A stretch of DNA of 54,752 bases, counting the filler, from Jimgerdemannia flammicorona (lineage: Eukaryota), in NCBI GenBank assembly GCA_003990765.1. It is 2 parts of 2 records of this genome, joined end to end, with 100 filler letters (N's around TTAATTAATTAA, not from the genome) between each part and the next. Parts side by side here need not be neighbours in the genome. Positions count along the whole stretch, not along the records: positions 27,432 to 54,752 come from RBNJ01000639.1; 1 more part is not named here. One strand, written 5' to 3'. Below the pieces are notes generated by a model, which saw only the letters and a program-made list of their open reading frames with translations, was not told the DNA's origin and made no database searches. Both the position numbers and the translations under genes were made by a program. This document shows positions 38,560-50,385 of the stretch, piece after piece (position 1 is the first letter of the stretch; every line of letters starts with the position of its first letter).

Positions 38560-39090
38560 TTAGTCATTATTCTAATGTGTATAAGCATCTTCAGCATCAA
38601 TATCTAAACTGATATCTTCATTGGGATCAGAGTCACTCCACTTGACAGATTCTTCTTCTTCCTCTGTAAACAGGATTTTGACATGGTTGATAATACTTCA
38701 GTAGGTGGTGGGATTCATGTTTTGTTTATCATTCAGAGAGAATTAGACCTATATTAGTACTGGAATATTTTATTTGTATATTGTGTATAATCTGTCTACA
38801 GTAGTGGTGATTTTGTGAGTGAGGCCAGTGGAGTTTCTGATATTGGTTAGGTCTACTACTGGAAGGTTCTGCAACTGTTCTTCAATTGTATAATAGGTCT
38901 ATAGCTGGTGGACTTATAGTAAATATCTAGTCAGGATGAGGTTCTCCTGATGGATCTAGATTTGCTGAAGGGGGTTTCTATTGGCTTATTGGAATTGTAA
39001 AAGGAGAACTGGAAGTGATTGAAATAAACTCAGAACAAGGGTCTAGAGGTACTGATCAATTGTCTAGTTTATAGTGAGAGAGGTATATCT
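38560..39090 (-). pseudogene. Post-integrase accessory ORF, copy B
   Basis: ...HQENLILTRYLL*VHQL*...LQNLPVVDLTNIRNSTGLTHKITTTVDRLYTIYK...FSLND...ILFTEEEEESVKWSDSD...NND*; aligns codon-wise with copy C. Confidence 0.7.
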
Positions 39091-41944
39091 TGAGGCAGTT
39101 GATGTATACTAGTGTCCTATGGGGTTGTCCATCTATGTTTCTTAAATAGATACTGGTTCCTCTGATATTATGTATAAGATAAGGTCCTTCTCACTTAGGC
39201 TTCAGTTTGGTGGCAAAATTTATTTCAATCATGCTTCTCCAAACTAGTACTTGATCTCCAATCTTGATCTCCTAATCTTTCTACTTCTGATCATAGTTCT
39301 TCTTTTGTCTTTCTTAGGCTTTGATAATCTGAACTCATGCTTGATTACATAACAGTTCTGTCTTCTTAAGGAGGTCTCCAAGGTTCTCATAGTCAGCAGT
39401 TCTGGTTTTTTTTGCAAACATTATCTCAAATAGCTTTTGTTTGATAGAGGCAGCAGGAGTATTCTGAATTTCCCATAGGATCTCAGGTAAGCAGAGGTCT
39501 CAGTTGATAGAGTTGACTTGGGTAAGTTCTTTTTTGATAGTCTGATTCATTCTTTCTGTTATACCATTAGTCTGAGAGTAGTAGAATATAGTCTATTTGA
39601 GATGGATCTTGTAAATTTGGGCATAACTTGTGATTATGTTATTGATAAATTCTGTGCCTTAGTTAGATATGAGTTCTTCTGGGGGTCTTTATCTGAGTGT
39701 GAGTCTATGGAGAAGGCCTACAATAGTCAAGACATCTGTGATTTCAATTGGAAAAGCCTTAGGCCACTTGGTCAGATATTTAACAAATACAACAATATAC
39801 TTATTTCTTCTTAATATAACTGGTAGGAGTCCAATTACATCTACTCTCTATCTCTGAAAGGTGTTGTCTGGTGGTATGATTGGTTACAGTGGTGCTTGAT
39901 AATTCTTTCTTCCTTAGTACTTCTGATATATATCACATTTCTTAAGTATATTCCAGACTTATATTCTGAGATTGGTTCAATGTTGGTATATTGTTTGCAG
40001 CTTTTCTTCTATATTTGTCTGTTCTTGATGGGCTTTCTGATGTTCTTTTTGAATGAGGTCTTCTTATGTCTTAATAGTTAGAAGAGCTTCCTTTAGGATA
40101 TAGTTCCTTAGAACACTCTTTTTCTGGTTTATTGTAGCTGGTGGGAAAGTACATTAATATTGTTGTGAGCTTTCCCTGCTTTGTGAATAATGGTGATTTT
40201 GTAATCCTAAAGAATAATGATCCAGTGGGCTAGGATTCCAATAGGTTTCTTGCAGTTGAATAACCATTTGAGGGCTGTATGGTTAGTTATCAGAGTGAAC
40301 CTTTTACTGATAAGATAATGCTTGAACAAAGTGACTGCCCATATAACTGCAAAGCATTCCAATTTGGTGCTACTATAGTTTATCTGCTGCTGATTGGTAG
40401 CTCAGCTTGTATAAGCTATTATATAGTACTATTAGTCAGGTCTTTCTTGGGCTAGAACTGCTCCTAGACCATCTTTGGAAGTATCTGTATATAAGATGAA
40501 TGGCTTCTATAGATTGGAGCAGACTAGGATTAGTGCTGTAGTTATGCAGCACTTGAGTTCCTTGAAGGCTAGTTCTTGTGATTCTGTCTATTTATAAGAT
40601 ACTCTTTTCTTAAGAAGGATTCAAATTAGGATAGCAATTTAGGCAAAGTCCTTAATAAACCTTCTGTAGTAAGATACTAGTATTAGGAAGAATAGTATTT
40701 CTTTCAAGGTCTTAGATACTAGCCAATTGTTGATCTTCTCAGTTTTCTTTGGATCTATATGGGTTCCTTCTTTTGAAACTATAAATCCAAGGAATTCAAG
40801 TTTCTGTTTCCTGAAGTAGCATTTCTTAGCATTGAGTCTCAGGTGGTTCTTATTGGTGAGCTTGAAGAATTCTTCTAGATAGTGCAGGTATTTCTCAAAA
40901 TTCACTGAATAGATGTATGAATAATTTATGTATATAATCAGGCAGTAGTAGATCAGAGAGATATAGACTGAATTCATTATCCTCTGGAAGGTGGGGGGTG
41001 TATTGCAAAGTCTAAAGAGTATTCAGAGGTATTTAAACAGTTTTTCTAAAGCAAGAAAGGCTGTCTTTTGAATGTCTTTTAGGTCCATGGGGATCTCATG
41101 GAATCCTACAAAAAGGTCTATACTGCTGAAGTATCTGGTATCTTGTAACTGATCCAAGAGGTCATTGATTCTGAGCAAAGGATAGGTATCCTTTTTGGTA
41201 ACTGAATTGAGTTTTCTATAATCTATGTAGAGTCTCCATCCTCCTTTCTTTAATATAATAAGTATAGGGCTGACCCAAGGACTAGTTGAGAGTTGGATGA
41301 CTCTATTGTCTAAGAGTTCTTAAATATACTCCTTTTTGAATGTCTTTAAGTAATGAGATATTCTATAGAGTTTCTGTCAGATGGGTGTTATGTTTCCTAT
41401 ATTTTTACTATAGTAATATGATGGGTTATATGGCAGGTTGCCATAATTAGTAGTAAAGATATCTTGATATTTGTTGAGGAGTTTTACTAGTTGTTGCCAT
41501 TGTGGGGATATCAATTCTTCTTTAATATTAGTATAAGGCTTCACTGTCTCCTGGGTCACAGAGGGATCTTTTTTTTCTTCTGAGATCTTTTGCCATTTCC
41601 TGATAGGTTCAACTCATAGACTTCTCTATAGGTTTGATTGAGAAAGGGCACTAAATGTCCTATGATGGTTCCTTTTACAAAATGATACTTTCCCAGCTCT
41701 AGTTGGTTGCTCAGAAGTGCACTGGATTCATCTTATCAGAAAATGTGTATCCTTCAATATTCAGGTTCAGGATGTCTTCATTGAATTCGAAGAAGAGATT
41801 TCTGAGATTGAGTGGTACAAAGATTTTGAAGGTGGTTTGCTCTCCAGACTCCAATGAGATTCATGTGCAGTTTGACTGGTTGGTGGTATACTTACTGGGG
41901 AACATTCCTCTTGAGGTGATTGATCCAAAGGAGATATACTTCCT

Positions 41945-42360
41945 TTTTATCTGAGCTTCCAAATCCTTCAGCTTGTCTTATTCCTTTAGTTAGTTTGGAG
42001 ACTTCTCATAATTGTGGGGTCTTGACCTTCATGAAGACTACTTGAGCAATCTTTTGTCCTCTCAAGATTCAGTACCATTCTGCACTACTATTGTACAGGA
42101 TGACCTTGATTTCACTTATGTATTCTGGATCAATGATTTCTCCTTCTACAGTTATTCCTTGTCTGGCAAGTCTAGACCTTGAGGTCAGTTATATGTAGGT
42201 TTCTTGGAGTGATTGCATGACTAGTCTGGTTCTGATCATCAGTGTTCTTTCAGGCTTGATGGGTTCATCCTCCAGACTATGAAGGTCATACTCTATATCT
42301 TCTTGATGAGCTTTGGTCGGGGGTTTGGCCTTAGGATGTAGCAGGGCAAACTGGGCAACA
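41945..42360 (-). pseudogene. dUTPase domain in pol, copy B
   Basis: YDLH, RSRLA, IIDPEYISEI, GQKIAQ, RQAEGFGSSD. Confidence 0.9.
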
Positions 42361-45129
42361 TCTTTGCCAAGTTTGGACTATCTTTAGGCTAAAGCTCTAC
42401 TAGCAGAGAGTCTCCAGGCTCTGAGGTTGAGGTGTGGCCATCTGGCTCCATTAGAGAGGTCTTGGAGATAATTGATTTCTCTTTTTCCTATAGGGGCTAG
42501 GACTTCTATGAAGTTGGTGATATCTTCTACCCATCCTTAGTGGGTTATATATCTGATAGGAGCTAGGATGTCTTCTCCTAAATCATAGATCTTGAGGGTC
42601 CTTCTTTCTGACTTCTTGGTCTGACTTTTTTAGATCTGGCCTCTGTTATCTCCTTTCTTCAAAGTGTAGATTACAACATTATAACTGAGGTGAATTTTCC
42701 AATATCTGCTGTCTTGACAGTCTGAGTGTCTTCTATAGTTATAATATCCTATTGCTTGGAAATACTATTTCCAGTTATTAATCTCTTGTTATCTTAGGAA
42801 TCAGTATTCATCTTGATCATAGGTTAGGGGAAGGGTGGACAGGAGATATACTTCTGTTTGGGTGAAGAGACCTTATCCTCTAAATTGACTTTACAACTTA
42901 GTGGTAACTTCTTAGAAAGTAGTTGACTGTGTAACTATAGTTGGGGGTTCTAATTTTCAGAATCTCTGTCTTTCTTATTAGTCCAATATATGGTACTGAT
43001 AGTAGTAGTCTTGAGGAGAGTGGAAGACTATTTGATATAGACATCTTCCTAGCCAAAAAGCTCTTTCTTGGTGTATTTCTTACTTTAGAGTAATGGAGAT
43101 TATACTGGGTCCTTCTTTAGTATTCCAGGGGTCATTATTCTCAGGTGGTGTCCAGCAAGGATCATCCCAGGCAATGAGTTTGGGAATTTCTTCTTCTTCA
43201 GGCACTTCTTGTTTAGAGATCTCCTGTTTAGAGGTTTCTCCTTCCTCAGATAATTCTTGGTCTCAAATTGCTTGTACTTCTGCAGCTTCAGCTACAGGTG
43301 TCTCTGAAACATGTCTGTATTTCTTCTTCTTTCTTCTATACTTAAGGCAGGCTATGTCAGGTGAATTCCTTATTCCAATGATCTTGGAGAAGTGCTGAGG
43401 ACACTTGTATCTCTTGAGGCAGGTGAGGTATTCTTTGATTTCTCCTGCAATGGCTCCAATAGTGATGGGGATAGTGTTTTTGACCCACATATTGTCTTTT
43501 GGTCTGTCATCTACTAGATTGATTCAGGGATTGAGTCTGGGATTGTTTCCATCTTTGGATTCTTCTTTTTCTTCTGTAGTAGATTCTTTACTACTGATAT
43601 ATTTCTCCTGGATAGTGATCTTCTTCTTCTTCTTTGATTACTTATAGCTAGTTATCTTAACTCTGTACTTCTTGTCTCAGTAGTTAAACTTGAGTACTTG
43701 TTTACTAATATCAATAACTACATTCATTTCCTTCATTCAGTTAGTGCCAAGAATTATGTCATAAGTAATAGTGTCAGTGACAATAGCTTTCAGAATAGAG
43801 AATTGAATGTATCTAAGAGAGATAGTGATATTTCATACTTCTCCAAGGGGTTGAGTTTGGGCTCCATTTATTACTATGATACTGAGATTGGATGGTCCAT
43901 CAATAGACCATTAGAGGGTATCTAGAAATCATTCAGCAATGACACAGATAGCTACTTCTGTGTCTATGAGGATTTTTGCCTTTTATCCTCTAATATCTTC
44001 ATATAAATAAATGCTGACATATCTTTCTACAGCCTGGATAGGGATGGGAGCTGGCTCTTGCTGTGGGACTGAAACTTGGCCAGTGCTAGACCTGGTGGTC
44101 CTCATAATTTATTTTAAACTCTAGCTAATATCAGTTACAGGAACTGCAGGAGAGGTATCTCTATTTTGGCTTCTTGGATTTTCTGCCAGACTTTATTGTA
44201 GATGTCTCTGGGTATAATCTTTGGGATGTACTTCTTCTTGGGGCAGGTTTCTGTTCTTCTTGCTCCATTTCTTTATCCTCTGGAGACAGCTCATTTGTCT
44301 TATGGACAAAAGGTGATAGAGATCAGAGAGGTATTTCTACTTGCTCCTCTTTATCTTACTCTTGGATTCTTCTGCTGATATTTCTGGATGACCTTCCTAT
44401 AGGTCTCTTCCTCTTCTCTACTGGGTAAACTATCTTTCAGATAGTGACTTTGGCTGGATACAAGTCCAGGTCATTGTAGTCTTCACTGTTGCTTTTTTTC
44501 TCAAAGTCTTTGATGGGATGGGCTTCAGTCTTCTTATACTGGGTTTCATTTCTTTGGTTTGGTGGTTCTGAGTCTCTTCAGTTACTTCTTCTGTTATCAC
44601 ATTCAGTGGCATAGTATCCAAATTGTCTACAGTAGAAGCATTGGACTTGGGCTCTGTCTCAGAGTATCTTCTTTCTTCTTGCTGGTAGTTTTTATTATCT
44701 CTTGATAAATAACCTTGATTTCTCTATAGTGGATATCCTCTATTATATTGTTGATAACTCTAGTTTTCATATATAGTGAGTTTTTCAATCTTTCCAATCA
44801 ATTGGTCCAACTTAGAACTAAGGTCTTAAATTTCACTCTTGTTCTTCTTTCCTTCTTTGGCTGGTCTTCTTTCTTCAGATCTTTTCTGTCCTTAAAGAAG
44901 TCCTTGTAGGGCTTTGACCAGAATGTCTTCTTTGTTATCCTTCTTGTCTTGGTCACTCCAGGTAGTTCCTTATCTGATATCAAAGAATCCTTGGGCTATA
45001 TCTACTTACTCTTTAGACCTTCTGATGCCTATAGTATAGACATGCTGGACAATGTTTGGAGAAATTCTATTCATAAAGGTCATTGAACCTGATGTCTTAG
45101 TTGGTAGCATTGAATCTGGCTGTATATAT

Positions 45130-46547
45130 TGTAATGTGCCTGGCTCAATGGAGGCAAATTACAAGGTTAGGAGTTGATGTAGTTTGGCTTGAGCCCCCAG
45201 TTACTTTGTCAAAAAGCAACAAAATGTTCTAAGATTCCTGAGGTCCTTGGTGTTTAGTGGTATAGTCAAAGCTGGATGTCTGTAAGCGATTCTGGCGATT
45301 TCCTTATTGGATTGGTTCTCTGAGTGTAGCGGCAGTTTGTGTGAATGGGTTTTCTTCTTGGGTCAACTGGGAATGGCAGAATTTATGTGTAGTGTGAACA
45401 GTTTCCTTCTTGAGTAGTGGGTGATTTCCATGTAGCATGATGATCTCTGTACATAATGGTCTAGCAATTTAGTAGTTCTCCTTATGTGATTTCTGCATGG
45501 TAATCTTATGTAGTACAGCAATTTCTAAAAATATGTGATTTCTGGCAGATGGCTTGATTTGGCATGGCTTCCCTGAAATGGCAGCTTACTGGGAATTATA
45601 CTGGTGGTGGATTCTTCTCGGACTCACTGGGAATGATGAATAACTCAGATGTTACAGATTTGTCTTCAACAGGGAATACTACTCAAATGGCGTGAGTTAT
45701 TCTGAATTGGGCTCTTCTGGGAATGTGGATAACTTAAAAATAGCAGATGATGCAGATTCTATTAGGAGTTAACTTGGATTCTTGGCAAGTTACATCTAAG
45801 ACTGGCTTTGTTTATATGGGGTTATGTCATAGACTGGCTCTACAGTGAAGTTGCATCAGAAAGACTGGCTTATGGCAAGAATGGCAGCGAAAACTTGAGT
45901 TCTTCAGACTTATCTGATAAGTGTACCAATAGTGTGGCTTATTCCTTAAGCAGCGGATTTCTCTTCAAAAAGTGGTGAAGTTCTTTCTTGAACTTTTGGT
46001 GGCAAATTTTCAGACTTAGTCTGGTAAGTGTACCAATAATTCTAAAGGCAGTGAAGTTCTTCACTTGAACTTGGTGGTGAAATCAGCTTTGTATCGGAAA
46101 GTGGACCAGAGTGGGAATAAGGGGACCAATGCTCAATCTTTAGAGGCTTCTTTGATTTGTACTTCAATTCAGATTGAGGTTTATTCACTCTTGTCTCTGG
46201 GGTAATTTATACAAGTTGGTTGCTATCTAGTTGCTATGTGGCTAACTATAGATTTACTACTTCTGGTAATGCTTAGGTGTGTCCTCTGAGTATAGGTGTA
46301 TCCACAGGACATGAGTGTGTCTATAGGACATGAGTATGTCTGTAGGACATAAGTATGTCTGCAGGACATAAGTGTGTCCTCAGGATATAGGTAAACAATC
46401 CTGATCTGGTGTCTTGGCTAATTATAAGTGTGGTGGGCATGGGTAACTATGATACTCTGGAAGTCACATCATGCTGAGTAAGTATGCTAATTGTTTGCAT
46501 CATCTGGCTAAGTTATAATTCAGATGGTATGTTTTGGCCTTATTATA
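45130..46547 (-). repeat. 3' LTR of copy C (~1.42 kb)
   Basis: TGTAAT...TATTATA (decayed CATCACA); PPT AGTGGGGGCTGA at 46548-46559; TATAAA ~46208, AATAAA ~46183, 19-bp array 46277-46390. Confidence 0.85.
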
Positions 46548-46586
46548 TCAGCCCCCACTGAAGGGTAGTCTGTCCCAGACTAATCT

Positions 46587-47117
46587 TCAGTCATTATCCC
46601 AATAGGCATAAGTAGCTTCTGCATCTATATCTGTTCCATCATCATCATCTGTGCTATGGTTACTCCATTCCAGGGGCTCTTCTTCTTCCTTGGGGAATAG
46701 GATCTCCACTTAGTGAATGATGCTGAGGTAGGTAAGCAGTATCATTCTTTGGAGGTCATTCAGGGAGAACTGGGCCTGGATTAAGGCAGAAGGATTTCAT
46801 TTGTATATTGTGTATAGTCTGTCTGCAGCAGTAGTATTCCTTCTGTTCAGGCCAGTGGTGTTACAGACATAGGCTAGGTCTGGGAGAGGAAGATTCTGCA
46901 ATTGTTCTCTAATTGCATAGTATGCCTATAGCTGGTGGACCTGGAGTAACCTCTTGGCCAAAGTGAGGTTCTCTTGATGAACTTGGATTTTCTGAAGATA
47001 TGTTCCATTGGGTTTCTGGAACTGAGGCAGGGGAACTGGTAGGGCTTAGAGGGAACTAAGGACAAGGGTTTGAAGGTGGTTGTCAATTCTCTGGTTTATG
47101 GTGTGAGAAGAGATATA
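46587..47117 (-). pseudogene. Post-integrase accessory ORF (~175 codons), copy C
   Basis: One frame without indels: HTINQRIDNHLQTLVLSSL*ALPVPLPQFQKPNGTYLQKIQVHQENLTLAKRLLQVHQL*AYYAIREQLQNLPLPDLAYVCNTTGLNRRNTTAADRLYTIYK*NPSALIQAQFSLNDLQRMILLTYLSIIH*VEILFPKEEEEPLEWSNHSTDDDGTDIDAEATYAYWDND*; internal stops are consistent with C>T; start codon not identified. Confidence 0.75.
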
Positions 47118-48100
47118 TCTTGAGGTAATTGTTGTGTACTGGTGTCTTCAGGGTTCATCCATCCATACTTTTTAAATAGATGCTGGTTCCTCTAATGTTA
47201 TGTACAAGATAAGGTCCTTCCCATTTGGGCTCCAATTTGGCAGCAAAATTTGTTTCGATCATGCTTCTCCAAACTAGTACTTGATCACCAATCTTGATCT
47301 CCTGATCCTTCTGTTTCTGGTTATAATACTTCTTTTGTCTTGAACTTTGATAATCTGACCTTAGGCCTGATTATATATCTGTTCTGCCTTCTTGAGAAGA
47401 TCTCTGAGGTTCTCATGATCACCAGTTCTCGTTTTTCTGGCAAACATCATTTCAAAGGGCTTTTGTTTAGTGGAGGCAGCAGGGGTGTTCCGAATTTCCC
47501 ATAGGATCTCAGGTAAGCAGAGGTCTCAATTGATAGTATTGACTCAGGCAAGTCCTTTCTTGATAGTCTGGTTCATCCTTTCTGTCATACCATTGGTCTG
47601 GGGGTAGTATGATGTGGTCCATTTGAGATATATCTTGTGAATTCGAGCATAAATTGTGATTATGTTATTGATGAATTCTGTGTCTTGGTCAGAGATGAGT
47701 TCTTCTGGGGGTCCATATCTGAGTGTGAGTCCATGGAGAAGGCCTACAATGGTTAGGGCATCTGCAATTTCTATTGGGAAAGCCTCAGGCCACTTGGTCA
47801 GATGTTCTACAAATATAAGAATGTATTTTTTTCTTCTTGGTGTAACTTGTAGAGGTCCAATTACATCTACTCCCCATCTTTGAAAGATGTGAGTGGGTGA
47901 GGGAATCAGTTGTAGAGGGGCTTGATAGTTCTTCTTTCCTTGGTACTTCTGGCAGGTGTCACATTTCTGAATGATGTCTCAGACTTGAGTTCTGAGGTGG
48001 GGCCAATGTTGATATTGTTTTCGAATTTTGTCTTCTGTGCTTGTCTGTCCTTGGTGGGCTTTCTGATGTTCTTGTTGGATGAGATCTTCTTGTTCCTTGA
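47083..48100 (-). pseudogene. Integrase (zinc finger, DDE core, GPY/F), copy C; no chromodomain
   Basis: WPHL...CDTCQK; WGVDVIGPL; YYPQTNGMTERMNQTIK; KLEPKWEGPY. Confidence 0.92.
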
Positions 48101-48169
48101 TAGTTACAGGGACTTCCTTTAGGGTGTAGTTCCTTGGGACACCCTTCTTCTGGTTCATTGGGGCTGGTG

Positions 48170-49400
48170 GGAAAGTACATCAACATTGTTGTGGGCTTTT
48201 CCTGCTTTGTGAATAATGGTAATTTTGTAATCCTGAAGGATAAGGATCCAGTGGGCTAGAATTCCAGTGGGTTCCTTTTAGTTGAATAGTCATTTGAGGG
48301 CTGTATGGTCTGTGACCAGAGTGAACCTTTTTTCAATGAGGTAATGCTTGAACAGGGTGACCACCCATATGACTGCAAGACATTCCAGTTTGGTGCTACC
48401 ATAGTTCATCTGCTGCTGATTGGTAGCTCTGCTTGCATAAGCCATCATATAGTGCTATTGGTCAGATCCTTCTTGGGCTAGAACTGCTCCTAGGCCATCT
48501 TTAGAAGCATCTGTATACATGATGAATGGCTTCTGTAGATTGGAGTACATAAGGATTGGTACTGTAGTCATGCAGTTCTTGAGTTTTTTAAAGGCTTTTT
48601 CTTGCGATTCTGTCTATTTGAATGGCACTCCTTTCTTGAGAAGGATTCGGATTGGGGCAGTAATTTGGGCAAAATCCTTGATAAACCTTCTATAGTAGGA
48701 TACTAGTATCAGGAATGATAGTGTTTTCTTTGGAGTCTTGGGTACTGGCCAATTGTTGATCTTCTTGGTTTTCTTTAGATCTGCATGAGTTCCTTCTTTT
48801 GAAATCATAAATCTCAGGAATTCAAGTTTCTGTTTCCCAAAGTAGTATTTCTTTGCATTCAATCTCAAGTGATTCTTACAGGTGAGCTTGAAGAATTCCT
48901 CTAGATGGGGCAGATGTTCTTCGAAATTTGCTAAATAGATATTAGAATCGTCCATATATACAATTAGGCAGTAATGGATCAGAGGAGCATAGACTGAATT
49001 CATCATCCTCTGGAAGGTAGGGGGTGTATTGCAAAGTCCAAAGGGCATTCAGAGATATTTGAATTTTTCTAGAGCAAGGAAGGCTGTCTTTTGAATATCT
49101 TTTGGGTCCATGGGGATTTTATGGAATCCTGCGAAGAGGTCTATATTGCTGAAGTATCTGGCATCCTGTAACTAATCCAAAAGGTCATTGATTCTGGGCA
49201 GAGGATAGGCATCTTTTTTGGTAACTGCATTGAGTTTCCTATAATTCACACAGAGTCTCCATCCTCCTTTCTTTGGTACAATAAGTATAGGGCTGGCCCA
49301 GGGGCTGGTAGAGGGTCGGATGACCCCATTGTTTAAGAGTTCTTAAATGTGCTCCTTTTCGAATGTTTTCAAGTAATGGGGTATTCTATAGGGTTTCTGC
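48170..49400 (-). pseudogene. Reverse transcriptase and RNase H, copy C
   Basis: SPWASP, MPFGLCNTPPTFQRMMN, YMDD, SYYRRFIKDFA; RH YTDASKDGLGAVLAQ, TDHTAL. Confidence 0.95.
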
Positions 49401-49974
49401 TGGATGAGTGTTGTATTTCCTGTATTTATGCTGTGATGATATGATGGATTGTATGGCAGGTTGCCATAATCGGTGGTAAAGATATCTTGATATTTGTTGA
49501 GAAGTTCTACTAGTTGTTGCTGTTGTTGGGGGGTCAATTCTTCTCCAATGTTGGTGGAAGGTTTCACTGTCTCCTGGGTCGCAGAGGGGCCTTTCCTTTC
49601 TTCTGGGACCTTTTGCCATTTCCCAATAGGTTTAGTTCATAAACTTTCCTATGAGTTCAGTTGAGAAAGGGCACCAGATGTCCTATGATGGTTCCTTTGG
49701 GCAAGATGATGGTCTCCCAACTTTGGTTGGTTGCTTGGGAGTGTACTGGGTTTATCTTGTTGGGGAATGTGTGTCTCTTTATGTCCAGATGGGGAATATC
49801 TTCCTTGGGTTCAAAGAAAAGGTTTCTGGGGTCGGGTGGTCCAAAGATTTCAAAGGTTGTTTGTTCTCCAGGCTCTAGGATAAGGTTCTTGTACAGTCTG
49901 ACTGGTTGCTGGTACACTTGCTGAGGAACATTTCTCTTGAGGTAGTTGACTTGAAGGCGGTGTACTTCCTTTCT

Positions 49975-50385
49975 GTCTGAACTTCCAAATTCCTTGGCTT
50001 GTCTTGTTCCTTCAGTTAGTTCAGAGACCTCTTGTAACTGTGGGGTCTTGACTTTCATGAAGACTGCTTGGGCAATCTTCTGTCCTCTAATGATTCAGTG
50101 CTATTCTGCACTACTGTTGTGTAGGATAACCTTGATTTTGCCTGTATATCCTGGGTCAATAGTTCCTCCTTTCACAGTTATTCCTTGTCTGGTAAGTCTG
50201 GACCTTGAGGTCAGTTGGATGTAAGATTCTTGAGGTGGCTGTATTGCTAACCTGATTCTGATTATGAAGGTTTTTCCAGGTTTGATAGATTCATCCTCCA
50301 GACTGTGAAGATCATACCCTACATCCTCTGGGTGGGCTTTGGTTGGGGGTTTGGCCTTAGGATGTAGCAGGGCATACTGGGCAAT
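49975..50385 (-). pseudogene. Trimeric-type dUTPase domain between PR and RT, copy C
   Basis: KPPTKAHPEDVGYDL (motif I), SRSRL (II), GGTIDPGYTGKI (III), GQKIAQ (IV), RQAKEFGSSD (V). Confidence 0.93.

Larger units (their letters stand above)
37186..45129 (-). mobile_element. Ty3/gypsy copy B (3' LTR, PPT, accessory ORF, IN, RH, RT, dUTPase, Cys-rich region, PR, gag C-terminus); heavily mutated and interrupted in gag by copy C
   Basis: Colinear with copy C throughout; RT fragment 40639-40977; gag breaks at 45129, where a new LTR begins. Confidence 0.92.

Noticed and set aside
46277..46390. Palindromic repeats as a CRISPR-like array
   Set aside because: Units are directly tandem without unique spacers, lie inside a eukaryotic LTR, and there are no cas genes
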